Shown in pieces: positions 19,136 to 23,719 of a stretch of 23,719 nt of DNA (position 1 is its first letter; the number at the start of each line of letters is the position of its first letter). A program made the translations under genes and the position numbers. The stretch lies in NCBI RefSeq assembly GCF_011745625.1, contig NW_027191461.1:682001-705719 (forward strand). Reading direction: 5' to 3'. The notes beneath the pieces were generated by a model that was not told the origin of the DNA, made no database searches, and saw only the letters and a list, made by a program, of their open reading frames with translations. This DNA comes from Cladosporium halotolerans (taxonomy: Eukaryota).

Positions 19136-22100
19136 ATGTCTCGTCAGGACTCGACCAGCACCCTCAGCGCCGCAGCCCGCAACTCGGCCAGCAGCACCAA
19201 CAGCCTTCACCCGCTCTCTCCCCTCTTCAAGCGCGACTCTGCCGCCTCCTTGGGCCACGCCGGGTCACGGTCGGATGCCAGGCGCATTTCGTTAAGGCGC
19301 TCCTTCCAGAGCTCCGAAGCGGCCTTTGTCGAAGACGATCTCGCCCAGTTCCTCGCCGACCAGCCAGCCATCATGGGGCCCGTCTACCGCCTGGTGAGTC
19401 TCCGTTTCTCCTTTCTTTCCTCCTCGCACGACTCATCAACCCTCCATCTGCCCGCACATCGACGTCGACTTGGCATCATGGCACGATATCGACACCAGTG
19501 GCTTGATCGCGGTGGTAGCGTCGATACGAATGCTCACGACTGGCGCCACCCCACGGCCACATCGAGCCTCATCGGTGATGCTGACAGGCCACGGCGCGAA
19601 AGCCCTCGGCTGCGTGCGCGTCATGCCCGTCGGCCGGTGGGTCCGGGCTTCGGCTGATCCCACCCGACAGCCAAACAGAGCGCACACCTTGCGGCGATCA
19701 TCTGGCTTCTGCCCACGGACGCCGCCATCTCGCGTGGGCAGATCTTTCGACCATGCCCATGCACGCTTGACGTACGGCCGATCTGTCACAATTTCACTGC
19801 CACTCCGCTGAGCCTGCTCTCATCATTCAAGACACTGACGTTCCCTCTTCTCAGTATCCGCATCAGACCGCCAGCGGCCGTCGTGAGATCCGCGCCGCCT
19901 CAGACGCCATCGGTTCTCGCCCTGCATCCCGTCTGCAGGAACAAGGCATCCCAGATCGCGCCGAATTAGCTCACACTGCGACTCCCGGGCGTGCCTCGCA
20001 CGACTCCCAATTGACTTCGTCGGAGCCGCCCCGCAACAAGCCGGTTGCACAAGACTCGCAGCACGGCAATCGACCCTCGCGCGACTCCTCTTCTCGGCCA
20101 TTGTCGCCAGCGAGTGTCTTCTCCAAATACTACCACGCGAGTCTTCCGACGCCTCCCGAGCCCAACTTCAACACTGCCGAGTCCACCGGGGAAGTTCCAA
20201 GGACCTGGACTCGCAACAGTATTCGCATTCCGCCGAGGATTAGGTTCGTTGTGGCGGAGATCGATGATCATTCGAGCCAAGATGCTGACAGTTGCTCGAG
20301 CAGTTCGGCACACAACAACAACGTTGTAAATATCACTCGACGAAACAGCATCAGCCAGATACTCGAGTGCATGCCAGCGGCGCCATCAAGTTCTGTAAAT
20401 TCCGTTGCAAATTCCGACTCAGAGCCAGGGTCGCCAGGCGCAATGACCGATCCTCACGCGGGCATCGGCGACCGGAGCAGCAGAGATTCTCGCGACTCCA
20501 TCGACACCACAGCAACTTCCATCCACACTCTTCCACCTTTGCAGAGCAAGGCCCTTGACGGCAATGACGCTCATGCGCTGGAGCCTTTAGTGGAGGACGA
20601 CCCTCGCTCATTCGATCTTGTAGAGCCGGCGCAGAAGGACGGCAACGTCGGTCTGTACGAACTAGAGAAGCAGGCCGAACAGCTTCTGTCAAAGGAACAC
20701 CTCAGTGCTATCTTTGCCGATCCCAAACTTCTGCTCAAGTTCAATGGCTTTCTCAGCTCGCACAGACCTCAAAGCATACCGCTACTGATTTACTATCTGG
20801 ACGCACTGAAGGCTCTTCGTGCAATCCATTACGCCAATGCTGTCGCCGAGGCTCTGGAACCAATCCCGTCTTGCGACTTCACTAAGGAGATTGCTCAGCA
20901 GACCGCGAACGCCACTCTCCAAGAAAAGGCCAACAAGGCATTCGAAATCCTCGTCAGGGAGGACTTGCCCGCGTACATCTGCTACACATGGATTCAGGTC
21001 GTCTCGACTAGCATTCAGAAACGCATCACTGGTACCCTGGCCCCTCACCTGAGAGAAGCGAGTGAAGGATTGGCGGAAGTCTTCTGTCTTAGCGATCCTT
21101 CCAGACACGACAACCCCATCGTGTTTGCTTCTGAAGAATTTGCTCGCACAACCCAGTACGGAATGAACTACTCCATCGGGCGTAATTGCCGCTTCCTTCA
21201 AGGGCCGAAGACCGATCCGAATTCGCCCCGACGCTTGGCCGAAGCATGTGCGGCTGGCAGGGAACAGACCGAAGTGTTTGTCAACTACCGACGTGACGGC
21301 AGCCCATTCATGAACCTCTTAATGATCGCGCCGCTCATGGACAGCAAGGGCACTGTCCGTTACTTCATTGGCGCCCAGGTTGACGTTAGTGGCCTACTCA
21401 AGACCTGCAGCGACCTTCCCGGACTCGCGAAACTCGTCGATGAAGAGTACGAGCGGGAGGATCACGAGAAGAGAAAGAAGAAGGGCAAGGAGTTCCAGCA
21501 GCTTTCTGAGATGTTCAATGGCGCTGAGCTCGATCTTGTCCGCCGTCATGGCGGCCGGATGCACAGGGAGTATGTTGACGACAGCGATTCGGAAAGCATC
21601 CATGGCGCGGACCGCAACCGGCCGCGACTCATGCTTTCCGATCCTAGCCAGGATGTTCTCGACAGGCAAAGGGACCGCATGGCGCCTGGTGTGCCTCTCG
21701 TGGACAAGGAGCGTATCAACGGCAAGCTCGCTGGTGTTTACCAGAACGTAAGTAGTGGCCTCAGGCAGAACCTCGTTGGCGCTCCTGCTGTGGTGAGATG
21801 ACTGTGATCTTTTGCTGACATCGACGACAGTACCTCCTCATTCGACCTTCTCCCTCTCTGCGAATCTTGTTCACCTCGCCATCGCTCCGCGTCCCTGGAA
21901 TCTTGCAGTCTCCTTTCCTCCATCGCATTGGTGGCTCTCCACGTGTGCGTGCCGATCTAGCTGCTGCGCTCGGCGAAGGTCGTGGTGTCACTGCAAAGAT
22001 CAGGTGGCTCGCAAAACCCGACGAGGATGGCGAGGGCGAAGGCCGCCCACGATGGATTCATTGCACCCCACTGTTTGGTCACACCGGCGCCGTCGGTGTT

Positions 22101-22631
22101 TGGATGGTCGTTCTCATAGACGAGGAAGGAAGTCGTGATAGTATCACCGCTAATCGCCGCTTCCGCACCGCGCCGCCTGTCTCGACGACCATCGGCGGCA
22201 AAGATTTTGAGAACGCGCCCAACAGATTCAGCACCAACGAGCGCCGTCACCTGAACGCCTACGATGCTGAAGGCCAGCGACGCGGAGCTGGCAGCGGAGC
22301 GAACGCACCCAACAGCGCCAACTACTTCGCCAACTCAGGCAACGCTCACAACAGCTCCAGCTCTGTTAACAGGCGTCCCTCGAACATTTCTTTGACCGGC
22401 CCGTTGACGTCGTCTCACGAGTATCCGCCTTCCTCGTCTCAATTCAGCCTACATGCTGGACAGAGCCCGGCGCATTCGCGCGCACAGAGCATGACGCGCC
22501 GGGATGATGGCGGTGCGAGCTTGAGCGCGCTCGGCGGGCACATCGCGGGTCAGATGAGCCCTGCCGCGAGACCGGATAATCTTCGCAGGGACACCAACGA
22601 AAGCCAGACTTTCAGCGTGAGAACGCGGTAA
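19136..22631 (+). CDS. RGS-LOV blue-light photoreceptor (RGS-like + LOV + C-terminal conserved domain, ~983 aa); exons 19136-19393, 19855-21747, 21831-22631
   Basis: LOV flavin-binding GRNCRFLQG (21178-21204) with flanking DNPIVFASEEF, NYRRDGSPFMNLL and YFIGAQVD. Upstream helical RGS-like segment (KFNGFL..LIYYLDALKALRAI..AFEILVREDLPAY). Downstream YLLIRPSPSLRILFTSP..RWIHCTPL block. Intron 21748-21830 is firm; exon 1 and intron 19394-19854 (GTGAGT..CTGAC..CAG, phase 0) are less certain. Confidence 0.88.
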
Positions 22632-23277
22632 TCGCATGGCGCTTTGAAAGTGCGAATACGACTTTGATATCAATTGGATATAGAGGCGGATGCTCTGCTT
22701 AGTTATGAGCGACGGCGTTTTCGAGGAAAGAGGAGGGTTAGCAAGCCTGCGGTTTGGAACATGGCGACGGGCAAAGGGAATTTTAGAGCCCGTCGATTCT
22801 TTCTTGTGTGATTCTTTTCTTGCCGGGCTCTCGTGATTGGAGAGCAACATTATACCCCTGAGTTTTTACTTCTGAACATTAGCTAGCTCTTTTGGCGGTT
22901 GGGCTGTTGATAGGAATGACCAATGCATTTTATGACCATCAGCCACCCTCTCCAACACACCAGGGAACCATGAAGGATACCAATCCCAATTCTGGAGATG
23001 TTGCGAATATTTCCCCAAAGGCAAACGAAACGGGACCATCCATCTTGTGCTCAGCAGCAAAACATCTGTCTGCATTGGCAGAGCACGAATTACCTTCCCG
23101 GACGAAGCGGAGCCAGTCTTCGATCGCACATTTGTAGCAACCCACCACTCCTGCGAAACATAAACAACACAAGCCCTTTCGCCTCGCTACCATCCATTTC
23201 CCGACTCTACAACCCTCGCCGCCACCATCCTGAAATCGGCAAACACGCACCCAACCCGAACAACCCCCCACCGCAAA

Positions 23278-23635
23278 ATGTTCCTCCTCACCAACACAAA
23301 AGAAACCCCCCTCCTCTCCCCCTCCACCGTCCCCCTCCACACCGACTCCGACTCCGAGCTCCTCTCCCACGTCCCCGCCTTCCCCTCCACACGCGCCCCG
23401 CCAGACGAAATCCGCGACTTCCTCGCGCACCAGCTCATCACCGCGCGCGGCCTGCCGGAGTCCCACGTGCGAGCCGTCGTCGCGCGCTGGAAAGTCGGCT
23501 CCGGCTTGGAGTTGCGGCAGTACGGGGCGGGGATGTTCCTGGAGGTTTTTGGGCGAGAGGACGGCTGGGTTATCTTCAGGGAGGTCAAGGTGCGGGCGTG
23601 GAGGGAGAAGGGGTGGTGGGTTAGGTGGGCGATTG
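23278..23635 (+). CDS. Partial hypothetical protein (first exon), possible SAM/pointed-like helical domain; continues beyond the window
   Basis: CAAAATG start context. Frame MFLLTNTKETPLL..DEIRDFLAHQL..VVARWKVGSGLELRQY..FGREDGWVIFREV..WWVRWAI is followed by a GTACGT donor at 23636. Missing from the ORF track because no stop occurs before the window ends. Confidence 0.6.
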
Positions 23636-23675
23636 GTACGTACCGTCTCCGATTCTCGTGCTCGAAGATCTCTCC

Positions 23676-23690
23676 TTTTTTTTTTTTTTT
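23676..23690 (+). repeat. T15 homopolymer in the putative intron
   Basis: Fifteen consecutive T, downstream of the GTACGT donor. Confidence 0.9.
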
Positions 23691-23719
23691 CCGTTTTTTC
23701 TTCTCTTTTGGGGGGATGG

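Noticed and set aside
22892..23137. 81-aa ORF ending TAG-CAA (readthrough-like context)
   Set aside because: Its continuation stops after about 30 codons and is not in frame with the gene at 23278.
1..23719. Prokaryote-type systems (CRISPR arrays, operons, IS elements), tRNA/rRNA genes, intact transposons
   Set aside because: The sequence is intron-containing fungal DNA. I saw no spaced direct repeats, transposase or RT motifs, terminal repeats or cloverleaf structures.

Overview
Gene-dense eukaryotic window from a filamentous ascomycete; the style suggests a Dothideomycete, but that is an inference. Introns are short GT-AG with mostly CTRAY branch sites. I reconstructed spliced models for, in order: uridine kinase URK1 (+); a GILT-family thiol reductase (-); a 4-exon orphan gene (-); an RBR-type RING-IBR-RING E3 ligase (+); the Clr2 silencing factor (-); a Dpb3/Dls1-type histone-fold protein (+); an unexplained orphan frame directly downstream and in frame with it (+); ESF1 (-); POP5 (+); a fungal F-box protein (-); an RGS-LOV blue-light photoreceptor (+); and a partial SAM-like gene at the right edge (+). 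Two signals stand out. (1) A double-guide box C/D snoRNA (snR60 type) sits in URK1 intron 2. (2) The Dpb3-like stop codon is followed in frame by 20 codons, a second TAG in the same TAGGA context, and about 364 further open codons, suggesting a conditional (readthrough, edited or spliced) fusion, a bicistronic unit or a decayed gene. All family calls come from recognised motifs; no database searches were run.
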